This document shows, one piece after another, positions 8,103-17,755 of a stretch of 64,000 nucleotides of DNA. A program made the position numbers and the translations under genes. Below the pieces are notes generated by a model, which saw only the letters and a list, made by a program, of their open reading frames with translations, did not search any database and was not told where the DNA came from. The stretch spans positions 8 through 64,007 of the forward strand of contig JBAXII010000008.1 in assembly GCA_037138475.1 (NCBI GenBank), read 5' to 3'. The stretch is from a bacterium (lineage in GTDB: Bacteria; Patescibacteriota; Microgenomatia; UBA1406; GWC2-37-13). Numbering within the stretch: position 1 is the stretch's first letter; every line of letters begins with the position of its first letter.

Positions 8103-9590
8103 TCATCTCGCAAGCTGGTCCAGAAAGTCTTTGTTTTGCTTTGTTTTGGAAAGCTTGTCCGTCAAGCTGATGAGCGCTTCTTCTGGAGTGAGTAAGGCTA
8201 TCATGCGTCGCAACGTGATGATGCGCTTGTACGTGACTTCATCAAAGAGCAATTCTTCTTTGCGAGTACCTGACTTTAATATATCAATGGCAGGGAAAAT
8301 ACGCTTCTCTGCAAAATTTCTGTCAAGATGTATCTCCATGTTACCAGTTCCCTTGAACTCTTCATAAATCAGGTCATCCATGCGACTTTCTGTACCGACA
8401 AGGGCAGTACCTATGATGGTGAGAGATCCTCCCTCTTCACAGTTGCGTGCCGCTCCGAGGAACTTTTTTGCGGGGAACATGGCAGATTGATTCATGCCTC
8501 CTGACATTGAGCCACGGTTTGACTGAGAGTATGATTGCTGACGGTCTTCATATCCACGGCCTGAACCTCCTCTCTGACGCCCATATCTATTGTCTTGACG
8601 TCCATATCCCTGCTCTCGAGGGGCTGACTCCTCTGGCATGGGTCCTGCCATATTATAGGCACGTGCAAGTCTGGTGATTGAATCAAGCAATATGACTACG
8701 TCTTTACCCATCTCAACCAGTCTGCGTGCCCTGTCAAGCGCGAGATTTGCTACCTGTACTTGTTTGCGAGGAGGCTCATCAAAGTGCGATGCGGCAACTT
8801 CTCCCTTTATAAATCGTTTTATTTCAGTTACCTCCTCGGGCCGTTCACCTATGAGGATGGCCATGAGCACTGCATCTGGATGATTTGCGGCGATTCCCTG
8901 TGCTATCTCTCGAAGGAACGTGGTCTTACCAGCTTTTGGCTGGGAGACGATCAACGCGCGTTGACCAAAGCCAATCGGCGCAACCATGTCAATTATGCGG
9001 TTGCTGAGGACATCTTGCTTGTATTCGAGTCTGATCTGGCGATTTGGGTGAATTGAGGTAAGTGCATCAAACTGGGGACGGTTTTGGCTTTCTACCTCAG
9101 TCATAGCTTTGCTATTTATCTTTTGGACGAGAAGCAAACTGTGATATCTTTCGCCATTTTTTGGTGCGCGTGCAAGGCCCTCGACCACGTCGCCTCGGCG
9201 GAGCCAAAAGCGTTTGATCTGTGAAGGAGAAATGTAAATATCATTTGCCGAGTTGACATCGTAATCCGCTCGCAAGAAACCATATCCCGCAGGCGTGATC
9301 TCGAGGATGCCCTTGGCATCATAACTCACCTTTAGATCTTCTTCGAGTCTATTGTATGGCTCCTCAGTCTGCTCTTCTCCGGATCTTTCAGGTTGCATTC
9401 CAACAGTGCTCATCCCTTCGGTTGGCACAACGGGTGGCTTGGTGGGGGCCTGTTCCATCTTGGGTTCAGGAGCTGCTTTAGGATTCTCTTTGGAAGTTTC
9501 CCCAGGAACGGGAGCGAACTCAAGTGTGTCGAGAATATTATCAATGTTCAGAGAAGGAGAGGATGAGGAGCTTTTGTGTAATAGGGACAT
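8103..9590 (-). CDS. rho: Transcription termination factor Rho (low-complexity N-terminus; insertion in the ATPase domain)
   Basis: OB/CSD-like GILEITPAGYGFLRA, Walker A SQPKAGKTT, LLDSITRLARAYN, and C-terminal EEFKGTGNMEIHLDR..FPAIDILKSGTRKEELL. Confidence 0.9.
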   Translation of the reverse strand: MSLLHKSSSSSPSLNIDNILDTLEFAPVPGETSKENPKAAPEPKMEQAPTKPPVVPTEGMSTVGMQPERSGEEQTEEPYNRLEEDLKVSYDAKGILEITPAGYGFLRADYDVNSANDIYISPSQIKRFWLRRGDVVEGLARAPKNGERYHSLLLVQKINSKAMTEVESQNRPQFDALTSIHPNRQIRLEYKQDVLSNRIIDMVAPIGFGQRALIVSQPKAGKTTFLREIAQGIAANHPDAVLMAILIGERPEEVTEIKRFIKGEVAASHFDEPPRKQVQVANLALDRARRLVEMGKDVVILLDSITRLARAYNMAGPMPEESAPREQGYGRQDNRYGRQRGGSGRGYEDRQQSYSQSNRGSMSGGMNQSAMFPAKKFLGAARNCEEGGSLTIIGTALVGTESRMDDLIYEEFKGTGNMEIHLDRNFAEKRIFPAIDILKSGTRKEELLFDEVTYKRIITLRRMIALLTPEEALISLTDKLSKTKQNKDFLDQLAR

Positions 9591-9836
9591 AGGAAGTGAA
9601 TAAGTAATTAAGAAAGGGCTAATCGTATGGGCATCTGGTAAAAAATCGACTTGTTTGACAGACTATGCTCGCGACGAGTACATGCACTGTCGTGCAAAAA
9701 ACGGTGTAACTTTAGAGAAAAGTATGAAATCAGGTACGTGATTCGTAAAAATCAATAGCTCAAAAGCTGTATATGCAGTCCGAGGATATGGAAATCATAT
9801 CAATAGTTTGCCGAACTGTCAACTATAATCGGCTAT

Positions 9837-10247
9837 ATGATCTCAAATAAAAACCGGTTATCGTACCTGTTCTTGGCTGCGCTGGCACTCATCTGCGTGG
9901 TGCTCGTTTCAGTGAGGTATGGAGTAAAGGTTCAAAAAATAAACGGCGCAAATGAATATATACTGGCTGTCCAGCGGCACCTTTCCCTCACTCCAAGTCC
10001 AAAACCATACGCGATCCCTCAGCTGTCCAAAGTCAGTGATGCTGAGTGTGGCATCGGCTATATCATCCCAACAGTAGCTACAGAATCAGCTCAAATCACG
10101 TGTATTGATCCTCAATCGACTCTGAGTGCGGAGCTCGTCACGTCTGGATACAAGCGCGTATTGAGCGCACCCACCTATCTCCATGTCTACCTCAAATCAG
10201 ACGAAGACATTATGAGGCTTATATCGGAATCACTCGTGGCACAATAA
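9837..10247 (+). CDS. Hypothetical membrane-anchored protein
   Basis: N-terminal TM helix LSYLFLAALALICVVLVSV. No recognisable domain. Confidence 0.45.
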   Translation: MISNKNRLSYLFLAALALICVVLVSVRYGVKVQKINGANEYILAVQRHLSLTPSPKPYAIPQLSKVSDAECGIGYIIPTVATESAQITCIDPQSTLSAELVTSGYKRVLSAPTYLHVYLKSDEDIMRLISESLVAQ

Positions 10248-10270
10248 GGTCGGCTCAACGTTCCGATCGC

Positions 10271-11434
10271 TCATATCTCATTCTCCTCTATTCCGCGTCT
10301 GATACGAGCCATAAGAGATTCCATCACCAGGAGGTTGTGAACAGTAGCAATGGTATAGCCCAAAAGCTCCTTTTGCTTGAATAGATGATGAAGATATGAA
10401 TAGGTCGGCTGTATGCCTAGAATGGTTTGCGGTATAGGTAGAAGGGTAAAGTCACTTTTAAATTCATTCTTTGTCATGTCCAGCTCGCTCCACTTCAGCT
10501 GCGAGAGTGGGCCATGCAGACCCTCAATCATGAGCAGTATGCCCATGCGTGCCAATCGAGACGGCTCTACACAATCAAATGTATCGATGCCATACGCGAC
10601 TAGATCGAGAATATCATCCATATGTCCGACACCAAGCAAATGCACTGGTTTATCTTCGGGCAAATAGGGAGAAATCCATCGCACTTGATCCCTCATTTCG
10701 CTCTTTGACTCCCCCACACTCACTCCCCCTATGGCGACTCCATCCACTTCGCGAGTCCTCAGGTGTTTTGCAGATTCGATGCGCAGATCTTCAAAACAAC
10801 CACCTTGAATGATGCCATAGAGAAACTGTATATGAGTTGGGTGAGAATGGTCCCTGCGATAGGCGATGCAACGATCAAGCCATCCATGAGTCCGATGCAC
10901 AGATTCCACAGTGTACTCATGAGTGGCACCATTGTAGGTACATTCATCAAACGCCATGTGAATATCTGCACCAATATCAATCTGATACTCCATTGACTTT
11001 TCAGGTGAAAACTCAATAAGTTGCCCATCAAATAGAGATCGAAACTGTACTCCAGATTCAGATATCTTAACGAGCATGGGGTCCTCATCTCCCCTCACCG
11101 ACGCTCTCCGACTCTGCTTCGCAAGGGAAAAGACTTGGAATCCTCCCGAGTCGCTCATGAGAGTGCGCTGCATGCCTGAATATGCATGTATGCCCCCTGC
11201 GTTTTTTACTACTTCGTGGCCAGGATGAGTGACCAGATGATAAGTATTTACAAACGAGAGCTGTGCATGCACAGAATCAATCTGAATAGGAGAAAGACCC
11301 TTGAGTGTGCCTTTTGTCGCCACGGGTACAAATGCGGGTGTTTGAACAGTCCCATGGGGTGTGGTGATGATCCCAGTCCGTGCTCTACTCCCAGCTTTGG
11401 TAGATGTGTGTGCGGCTTTGTAAAAGGGACTCAT
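10271..11434 (-). CDS. tgt: tRNA-guanine transglycosylase (queuine tRNA-ribosyltransferase), preQ1-type pocket
   Basis: TPHGTVQTPAFVPVAT, MSDSGGFQV, AFDEC, GGVSVGE, LLGVGHMDD, GIDTFDCVEPSR. The zinc cysteines are substituted (see findings). Confidence 0.9.
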   Translation of the reverse strand: MSPFYKAAHTSTKAGSRARTGIITTPHGTVQTPAFVPVATKGTLKGLSPIQIDSVHAQLSFVNTYHLVTHPGHEVVKNAGGIHAYSGMQRTLMSDSGGFQVFSLAKQSRRASVRGDEDPMLVKISESGVQFRSLFDGQLIEFSPEKSMEYQIDIGADIHMAFDECTYNGATHEYTVESVHRTHGWLDRCIAYRRDHSHPTHIQFLYGIIQGGCFEDLRIESAKHLRTREVDGVAIGGVSVGESKSEMRDQVRWISPYLPEDKPVHLLGVGHMDDILDLVAYGIDTFDCVEPSRLARMGILLMIEGLHGPLSQLKWSELDMTKNEFKSDFTLLPIPQTILGIQPTYSYLHHLFKQKELLGYTIATVHNLLVMESLMARIRRGIEENEI

Positions 11435-11494
11435 TGGTGATGTGGATCATGCTATTGCTAACGTGAGTATTATATACTGTGCTTTCACGTTCTT

Positions 11495-12727
11495 ATGAAA
11501 ACCTACTCCTATCTTGATGAAATACAAAAATCTGCACGGATAGAAAAGTCAGTATTCACGCGGGTTCTAAAGAAGACGAGGGTTACCGAAGATGACATCA
11601 TCATCTCTCAGACGGGTGAGGGGGATATAGAGGAATTTGAGCGTATTTTTGAAGATCAAATTAATGGGACTGAAATGGGAGCGCTTTTTGCTACGTATCT
11701 CAATGTGCCTCTAAAAGCCCTCTACGAAGGACTTGCACGTAGCCCAAACATTGCCCCACGCATACCTCCCTACTTCTATTCTTGTCCTGCTATAGACGAT
11801 ATGTTGTTGGGCCATCACCCTAAAACGTACTACTTTGACATCAGCCGTGGTGGTCCTGTGTCAGTGATTCGCAGATCTCTCGGATACCTCAAGCTTGCCC
11901 AAGAAAAACATGCTAAGTCTGCCAACCCCCAGATGACTAAGTGGGTCGCAGAATATGGCATCGGTACCTGTATACCTGTCATCACGTTTGACAACCTAGT
12001 CTCATACACCACAGAAAATAATGCAAAGATGTATGCGATCCCCGCCACATCGGTTGCTGAGAGTTTGACTGCGTGTGCCGTGTACTTTACTGGCATGCGT
12101 GGCGACATCAGACGTATCACCATGCGAGACGACTGGATGAATAACAGTGGACAAAGCAGAAACAAAGGGTCACTCAAGATATATGAGGCTCTACATAAGT
12201 ATATTATCGAGACTCGTGGGTACAACTTTTTTAAGAATCTCATTGCAAATGGGAGTAACTTGGATGAGATAGCCCAACTCTATATGGAAATGGCAGATCG
12301 AGTATTCTGTCTAGGTTCGCAACGGGAGCAAATGTGCAACACATTTGCAGAGATTATGTTTGATCCCCAGTCAAAACGATCTCATCCAAACTATGGTGCA
12401 CAAGCAGATTGCAGCGAGATCGTTGTTCGGAGTCGGCATCTCCTCTCGCCAATACCTTGGGAGCTCGTATTTCTCTTGGGAGACACGTATGGCACAACTC
12501 TCGACCAGTTGATCGCATTTGGAAAGCTCATAAAGAAAAATGCGCCTGAAACGGTGGTTATTATCCCTTGCGACGACAGCGACAAACCCCTCCTCCCCAA
12601 TGATGTGGAAACCATGATCCCAAACATATCTGACTATGTGGTGACCGCCTGGAGCTCATATATTTTGGGTAGGAAAATAAACCGGCAAAAAAGCCAGCTC
12701 ATGATGCAACAGTCTGCTACACGATAA
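11495..12727 (+). CDS. Hypothetical protein (410 aa), no recognisable family
   Basis: Long uninterrupted ORF with host-like composition, lying between tgt and queA. No TM segments or motifs that I recognise. Confidence 0.6.
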   Translation: MKTYSYLDEIQKSARIEKSVFTRVLKKTRVTEDDIIISQTGEGDIEEFERIFEDQINGTEMGALFATYLNVPLKALYEGLARSPNIAPRIPPYFYSCPAIDDMLLGHHPKTYYFDISRGGPVSVIRRSLGYLKLAQEKHAKSANPQMTKWVAEYGIGTCIPVITFDNLVSYTTENNAKMYAIPATSVAESLTACAVYFTGMRGDIRRITMRDDWMNNSGQSRNKGSLKIYEALHKYIIETRGYNFFKNLIANGSNLDEIAQLYMEMADRVFCLGSQREQMCNTFAEIMFDPQSKRSHPNYGAQADCSEIVVRSRHLLSPIPWELVFLLGDTYGTTLDQLIAFGKLIKKNAPETVVIIPCDDSDKPLLPNDVETMIPNISDYVVTAWSSYILGRKINRQKSQLMMQQSATR

Positions 12728-13784
12728 CCATCGCATCTCCAAAACTATAGAACCGAAATCTTTCTTTTATCGCTCTTTGATACAGCTCTGAAATATTTCT
12801 TGGGGCTCTTTTATGCTCTAGAAATGCCTGTACCAGCATCATAAGTGACGATTCAGGAATGTGGAAATTTGTTATCATACCAGTGATGCACTGGAACTGA
12901 TATCCGGGCCGAATAAATATGTCTGTGATATCAGTGCCAGACCTCTGTTTTCGCGCAGACCATGACTCCACTGCACGAACTGCAGTAGTACCTACTCCAA
13001 TCACCTGTTGATGTCTCTCTATGGCACTTTTTAATAATTGTGCACTTGAGTCTGAGACTTGGTAGCGCTCACTGTGGAGTTTTCCAGAGTCTAGATGGGC
13101 TTGTTGCAGGGGAGCAAATGTACCCATGCCTACGTCCAGCCTGATAGGAACCTGAGTAACATTTTTTGCGCTTAGTGAGGCAAATACTCGCTCGGTAAAA
13201 TGTAAGCTTGCGGTGGGCGCAGCCACAGAGGTGCCCTCAAATGGTAAAGAGGAAGATTTTTCTGCAAACACAGTCTGATATCTGCTCCTGAGCTCTCCTT
13301 CGCTTAAGGCAGACTGAGATAAATACGGAGGTATGGGAGTTTTGCCCTGTGACTCTAGGAGTCTATCAAGCTCAACTGATGAAATGGACAACTCAACCAT
13401 AAATAGGGAGCCATCAAGATGGGATGTGACCGTGCCAAACAGCGAGTGAGACGTGGGATCTACAAACAACGCTTCGGTATCCCCTATTTTTCTGTCCACC
13501 ATCACTTTGATATGGTTTGATACCAGAGAATCTTCATTGAGCAATAGAAGGCAAACTACTTTCCCACCCGTTTTCTTATACAGCGTGATTCTGGTTGGTT
13601 TGACATAGGTGTGATTGAGTACCAGTAGTGAATCAGAGGGAAGATACTTATACATGTTATAGAAGTAATCGAGTGAAATCTCATCCTTTGTGGTGTCATA
13701 CACTAAGATGCGAGATGAATCACGTGGTTCAGCTGGGGTTAAGGCAACGAGCTCGGGGGGTAATTGATATGTATAGATGCTCAT
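12717..13784 (-). CDS. queA: S-adenosylmethionine:tRNA ribosyltransferase-isomerase
   Basis: YTYQLPPELVALTPAEPRDSSRILV, PIPPYL, and FRFYSFGDAMVI are QueA hallmarks. Confidence 0.9.
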   Translation of the reverse strand: MSIYTYQLPPELVALTPAEPRDSSRILVYDTTKDEISLDYFYNMYKYLPSDSLLVLNHTYVKPTRITLYKKTGGKVVCLLLLNEDSLVSNHIKVMVDRKIGDTEALFVDPTSHSLFGTVTSHLDGSLFMVELSISSVELDRLLESQGKTPIPPYLSQSALSEGELRSRYQTVFAEKSSSLPFEGTSVAAPTASLHFTERVFASLSAKNVTQVPIRLDVGMGTFAPLQQAHLDSGKLHSERYQVSDSSAQLLKSAIERHQQVIGVGTTAVRAVESWSARKQRSGTDITDIFIRPGYQFQCITGMITNFHIPESSLMMLVQAFLEHKRAPRNISELYQRAIKERFRFYSFGDAMVIV

Positions 13785-13827
13785 AGATGTATTGGCAGCG
13801 AGGTCTTTGCTTGCCTATAATGCGTAC

Positions 13828-15177
13828 ATGCGAGTTCAAACAGTTGGTATTCTACCTACAGAAGCAGCAAAACAGAAGGGCAGAGTCGCCCTTACCCCTG
13901 AACTGCTTGCATCGACTGGCGCGCGGTACTCACGAAACAATGAGGGGCTTGAGTCTATAGTCCAAAAAATCGACTGGTCCAACACAGATAAAGCCGTGGA
14001 TGGGATCTTTCGCATGGTGGATTATGGACATGCTTCGATAGCGGATATGGCGCCCGTGGCTATGTTTATAGACGATGTCTCACTCTATGCAGCTTTTTAC
14101 CTATGGAGTCAGTGCCCTACTGCATCTGGTCAAGAATCGTCAACACGGTATATCAAGGTAAACAAGGTGGTTCCTGCCTCAGTCACCGGCATTCCGGCCA
14201 ACATATACAAACAGCATGTAGAAAAATCGTTCGCGCTCTATCATAAGGCACTTGATCTCTGGACTTCACTCTCGATCCACGATCCCACTCTCATGCAAAT
14301 ACCTCAGTCAGTCATAGACGATCAGAGTGAAAAGGGACAGAAAAAACTCGAGAGAATGCGTAGAAATTTTGCGTTTGATCGCGCGCGCGTCTTCCTACCC
14401 GCATGTGCGAAAACTAACCTCATGATGCTTATGTCTGCACGTAGCTGGGTAGACCTCATCTCGCTCCTCCTTTCCCATCCATTGGAAGAGCTGCAACAGA
14501 TTGGCAAAAAATTACGCTCTGAACTTGATCTCGTCACCCCACGGCTCACCAAGCACGCAAATGCAAAAGTAGATTCTATGTATATGTTGCATCTTGATTT
14601 TGAGGCTCTAAAGAGCCTCAAATCTCCTATCGCTCCGAATGATGGTGCTCATCTAGAGCTATATGAAAAGCCCAAGAAACACCTGGGTGCATCTGCAAAA
14701 AACCGAACAAATAGATACTCGATGTTTGCAGCAGATATTCGCCAGACGCTGGTGCGTTTTGGATGGACAAAAATTGCATTTGCAGAACTCAGAGATCTAA
14801 ATCGGCATCGGACGGGCAACAAGCTAACTTCTTTTAAACCAAACGATTTCTATAATGCACAGGATCAAGCGCTCGATACAAAGTCACAAGCTCATCTTGA
14901 TGCCTTGTCCAAATATCCCCTATCGCTCATAAATAAGATTGATGCGATGATCCAAAAGGATGATGCGCGCTATGTGTACTTCACACTTCTGGGGCACACG
15001 ATGCAGTTTGAGCATGTTACCACGATGGATAAATATCTGTATGAAGCTGAGCTTCGCACTGGCACAGGATCTCACTATAGATATGCCCAACACCTCAGAA
15101 ATACACTCAAAATCCTGTATAAAAAACATCCAGAACTCAAAGGCCTTATCCTCGAAGGTACCGCCGAGCCAGAATGA
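13828..15177 (+). CDS. ThyX (Thy1) family-like protein, unusually long two-lobed form
   Basis: GARYSRN, DYGHASIADM, SGQESSTRY, and ARVFLPACAKTNLMMLMSARSWVDLISLL mirror ThyX segments. RHR occurs only in the second half (ELRDLNRHRTG). An upstream ATG at 13777 would overlap queA, so ATG 13828 is preferred. Confidence 0.5.
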   Translation: MRVQTVGILPTEAAKQKGRVALTPELLASTGARYSRNNEGLESIVQKIDWSNTDKAVDGIFRMVDYGHASIADMAPVAMFIDDVSLYAAFYLWSQCPTASGQESSTRYIKVNKVVPASVTGIPANIYKQHVEKSFALYHKALDLWTSLSIHDPTLMQIPQSVIDDQSEKGQKKLERMRRNFAFDRARVFLPACAKTNLMMLMSARSWVDLISLLLSHPLEELQQIGKKLRSELDLVTPRLTKHANAKVDSMYMLHLDFEALKSLKSPIAPNDGAHLELYEKPKKHLGASAKNRTNRYSMFAADIRQTLVRFGWTKIAFAELRDLNRHRTGNKLTSFKPNDFYNAQDQALDTKSQAHLDALSKYPLSLINKIDAMIQKDDARYVYFTLLGHTMQFEHVTTMDKYLYEAELRTGTGSHYRYAQHLRNTLKILYKKHPELKGLILEGTAEPE

Positions 15178-15217
15178 CAGTCGATCTCGCCTTTCCACTG
15201 CTATAATCCCACCCAAC

Positions 15218-16120
15218 ATGTATTACATTTTCATAGTCATTGCAGCAGTACTCTGGGGAGTAGATGGACAACTTCGGAGTAGTTTGTACTCGCTTCCTCC
15301 TGCTATTATTGTGTTTTGGGAGCACTTCATAGGATTTATCATCCTCTCGATCCCCCTTCTTTTGAGTAAACAAGCTCCCTACAAGAAACTGCACCAAGGC
15401 AATACTGCGCTTTTGGTTATCGTGGTGTCGATACTTTCGGGATTGATCGGCACGCTGGCGATCACTGCTGCGCTCGCACGCGTGCACTTTATCCCCTTGA
15501 GTATTGTATTTTTGATCCAAAAACTCCAGCCCATATTTACTATCCTTTCTGCTTGGATCGTACTGGGCGAGCGACCACAGCGACAGTTTTGGATATGGTC
15601 ATCAGTAGCTATCGTGGCTGGGTATTTTATGACTTTTCCAGGAGGGCAGGTGCACATTGATGGGAATACTCCCTACATCACGGCTGCTGTATTTGCTTTG
15701 ATTGCCGCAATAGCCTGGGGATCTTCAACCGTATTTTCGATTCAACTCCTTCAAAGGAAAAGTCTGCTTCCCGCTACGTTTATGCGCTTTTCAACTACCA
15801 CGATCTTTGCACTTGCGACTGTGTTTCTCTTTGGACAACAGTCACAATTGACCCAAATCACCCTACCTCAGCTAGGCACCCTCGTATTTATCGCTTGCAG
15901 CACTGGGATGGTGGCGCTTTTGATCTATTACAAGGGCTTACAGCGCGTGCCAGCACATATCTCCTGTATCTTGGAGCTTGCATACCCGATCACCGGGCTG
16001 ATCATCGACAGCAGGATCAATCATGTCTCGCTCGCTCCATCGCAATATGCAGCTGCGGTACTACTGGTCTACTGTATATACAAAGTAGTTGATACAAACA
16101 GATCTCATCGATCCTCATGA
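15218..16120 (+). CDS. EamA/DMT-superfamily transporter
   Basis: About 10 TM segments, with WG..G near the N-terminus (VLWGVDGQ) and a duplicated EamA-like architecture. The ORF-track start at 14960 lies inside the previous gene, so the start was trimmed to ATG 15218. Confidence 0.75.
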   Translation: MYYIFIVIAAVLWGVDGQLRSSLYSLPPAIIVFWEHFIGFIILSIPLLLSKQAPYKKLHQGNTALLVIVVSILSGLIGTLAITAALARVHFIPLSIVFLIQKLQPIFTILSAWIVLGERPQRQFWIWSSVAIVAGYFMTFPGGQVHIDGNTPYITAAVFALIAAIAWGSSTVFSIQLLQRKSLLPATFMRFSTTTIFALATVFLFGQQSQLTQITLPQLGTLVFIACSTGMVALLIYYKGLQRVPAHISCILELAYPITGLIIDSRINHVSLAPSQYAAAVLLVYCIYKVVDTNRSHRSS

Positions 16121-16518
16121 ATATATATACCACTCATCAAGTTGGCGGCCATAAACGAGGTTTAAAAATGGGTGTGCCAACTATCAATCTACAGGTCCCC
16201 ACGCACTTTGACTACGAGCATGGTATTTATGCGGGAAAGATCGGACTCGTGAGAGTTGGTGCTGCTGCTCGCACCTGGTATCCAGCTGCTATACATTTTG
16301 GATTTAAACCCACATTTGACGAGGATGATGTGACTTTAGAGGTGAACATCATTGATACAGAGCCTCAAAATATCATCCCCTACGATCCGGGCAACATCCA
16401 AGTGTGCCTGACTAAAAGAATTCGAGAAATAGTGAAGTTTGATACCCCCACATTTCTTGTAGAGCAAATTCAAAAGGACATTGCCCTCATCAGGTCACTG
16501 CTTCGGGATGATAAATGA
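16117..16518 (+). CDS. Riboflavin kinase (stand-alone RibF C-terminal-type domain)
   Basis: GGHKRGLKMGVPTINL, GIYAG, IHFGFKPTF, LEVNIID, RIREIVKFDTPTFLVEQIQKDI. ATGA overlap with the upstream gene. Confidence 0.7.
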   Translation: MNIYTTHQVGGHKRGLKMGVPTINLQVPTHFDYEHGIYAGKIGLVRVGAAARTWYPAAIHFGFKPTFDEDDVTLEVNIIDTEPQNIIPYDPGNIQVCLTKRIREIVKFDTPTFLVEQIQKDIALIRSLLRDDK

Positions 16519-16533
16519 TCGTATAATAGTGGC

Positions 16534-17553
16534 ATGAAATCTGTCTATATCGTTGAGTCAAGCTCGAATAATTCTGCTGCACGAGGTGTCGGGAGATATG
16601 TCAGTCTACTGAAGCAATCTGTGCCTTCACTCATCTCTGTCCCTGAATATGCATCGATTCCTCGAGGTTCAATACTGATTGAGCCATTCTTTAACCTTAT
16701 TGGTCGGGTGGCCTGGAATCTATTGGGCGCACCCTCAAGACAAATCACTGTCATTCACGACCTCATTCCTCTAAAGTATCCTGACGCGTTCCCGCTCGGA
16801 TTTTGGGGACGCATTAGAGCTACTGTAAATACATTTCTGGCGCGAAGAGTCCCCATCGTGGTAACAGATAGTCATGTATCCCAACGAGACATATCCAAAA
16901 TATGTCATATAGATACAAAAAATATCAAAGTGATCTATCCCTATGTGAGTGAGACACTCAAACTCAATGCGTCGATAGAATCTGCCATCTTTGAGACATT
17001 ACGTATACAAAAAGGATCATACTATATCTATGTGGGCGATGTGAATTGGAACAAAAATATTGTCACCATGGCAAAGGCATTTTTACAGACCTCAGCTACG
17101 CTCGTGTGCGTGGGCAAGTCATTTATGACTGATGAGTCAAATCTCTCTCATCCCTGGCAAACAGAACTGAATCAATTTCTGAAACTCACCAAGGGGTCTG
17201 CGCAGATTGTGCTCGCCGGTCACGTATCAGACGCTGATCTGGCGCAGCTGTACAAACATGCCTATTACAATGTGCTCCTGTCGCGTGATGAAGGATTTGG
17301 GTTTTCTTACGTGGAGGCAGGTCTGTTGGGCACTCCTTCGATATTGGCAAGCACACCCATATTCCACGAAATAGCTCAAGGAAAAGGATGTGTATATGTC
17401 AATCCCCAAAGTGGTGATGAAATAGCGAAAGTAGTCAATGACCTTCAAATGGATACAAAGGAACGCGATAAAAAAGGCGCCGAGGCTGCCGCGCGTGCAA
17501 AAACCTTTAGTCAATTGGCTTTTGCTGAGGCGTGGAGTACACTGATAGGATAA
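16534..17553 (+). CDS. Glycosyltransferase family 4 (GT-B fold)
   Basis: C-terminal EGFGFSYVEAGLLGTPSILAS motif typical of GT1/GT4 retaining transferases. Confidence 0.8.
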   Translation: MKSVYIVESSSNNSAARGVGRYVSLLKQSVPSLISVPEYASIPRGSILIEPFFNLIGRVAWNLLGAPSRQITVIHDLIPLKYPDAFPLGFWGRIRATVNTFLARRVPIVVTDSHVSQRDISKICHIDTKNIKVIYPYVSETLKLNASIESAIFETLRIQKGSYYIYVGDVNWNKNIVTMAKAFLQTSATLVCVGKSFMTDESNLSHPWQTELNQFLKLTKGSAQIVLAGHVSDADLAQLYKHAYYNVLLSRDEGFGFSYVEAGLLGTPSILASTPIFHEIAQGKGCVYVNPQSGDEIAKVVNDLQMDTKERDKKGAEAAARAKTFSQLAFAEAWSTLIG

Positions 17554-17557
17554 TCCT

Positions 17558-17755
17558 ATGGATCCCCTTCTCCTCTATATAGCTGCGAGCGTACTCTTTA
17601 TCATGGTGATTCACTTTGCAGTAGGGATCAGCAAAGAGTTTGACACATGGATTATGACGGGCATCTTTGTATTGGGTGGAGTTTTGGGTTGGTATTTTGA
17701 GGGATACGCCATCGGCTTTGTATTTGCGGTCGTGTTTACCTTTCTATTTTGGTAG
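17558..17755 (+). CDS. Small two-TM membrane protein
   Basis: 65 aa with two hydrophobic helices, tightly packed after the GT4 gene. Confidence 0.4.
   Translation: MDPLLLYIAASVLFIMVIHFAVGISKEFDTWIMTGIFVLGGVLGWYFEGYAIGFVFAVVFTFLFW

Noticed and set aside
14960-15217. 5' part of the ORF-track call 14960-16120
   Set aside because: It overlaps the 3' end of the ThyX-like gene in another frame. The transporter's hydrophobic core begins at ATG 15218.
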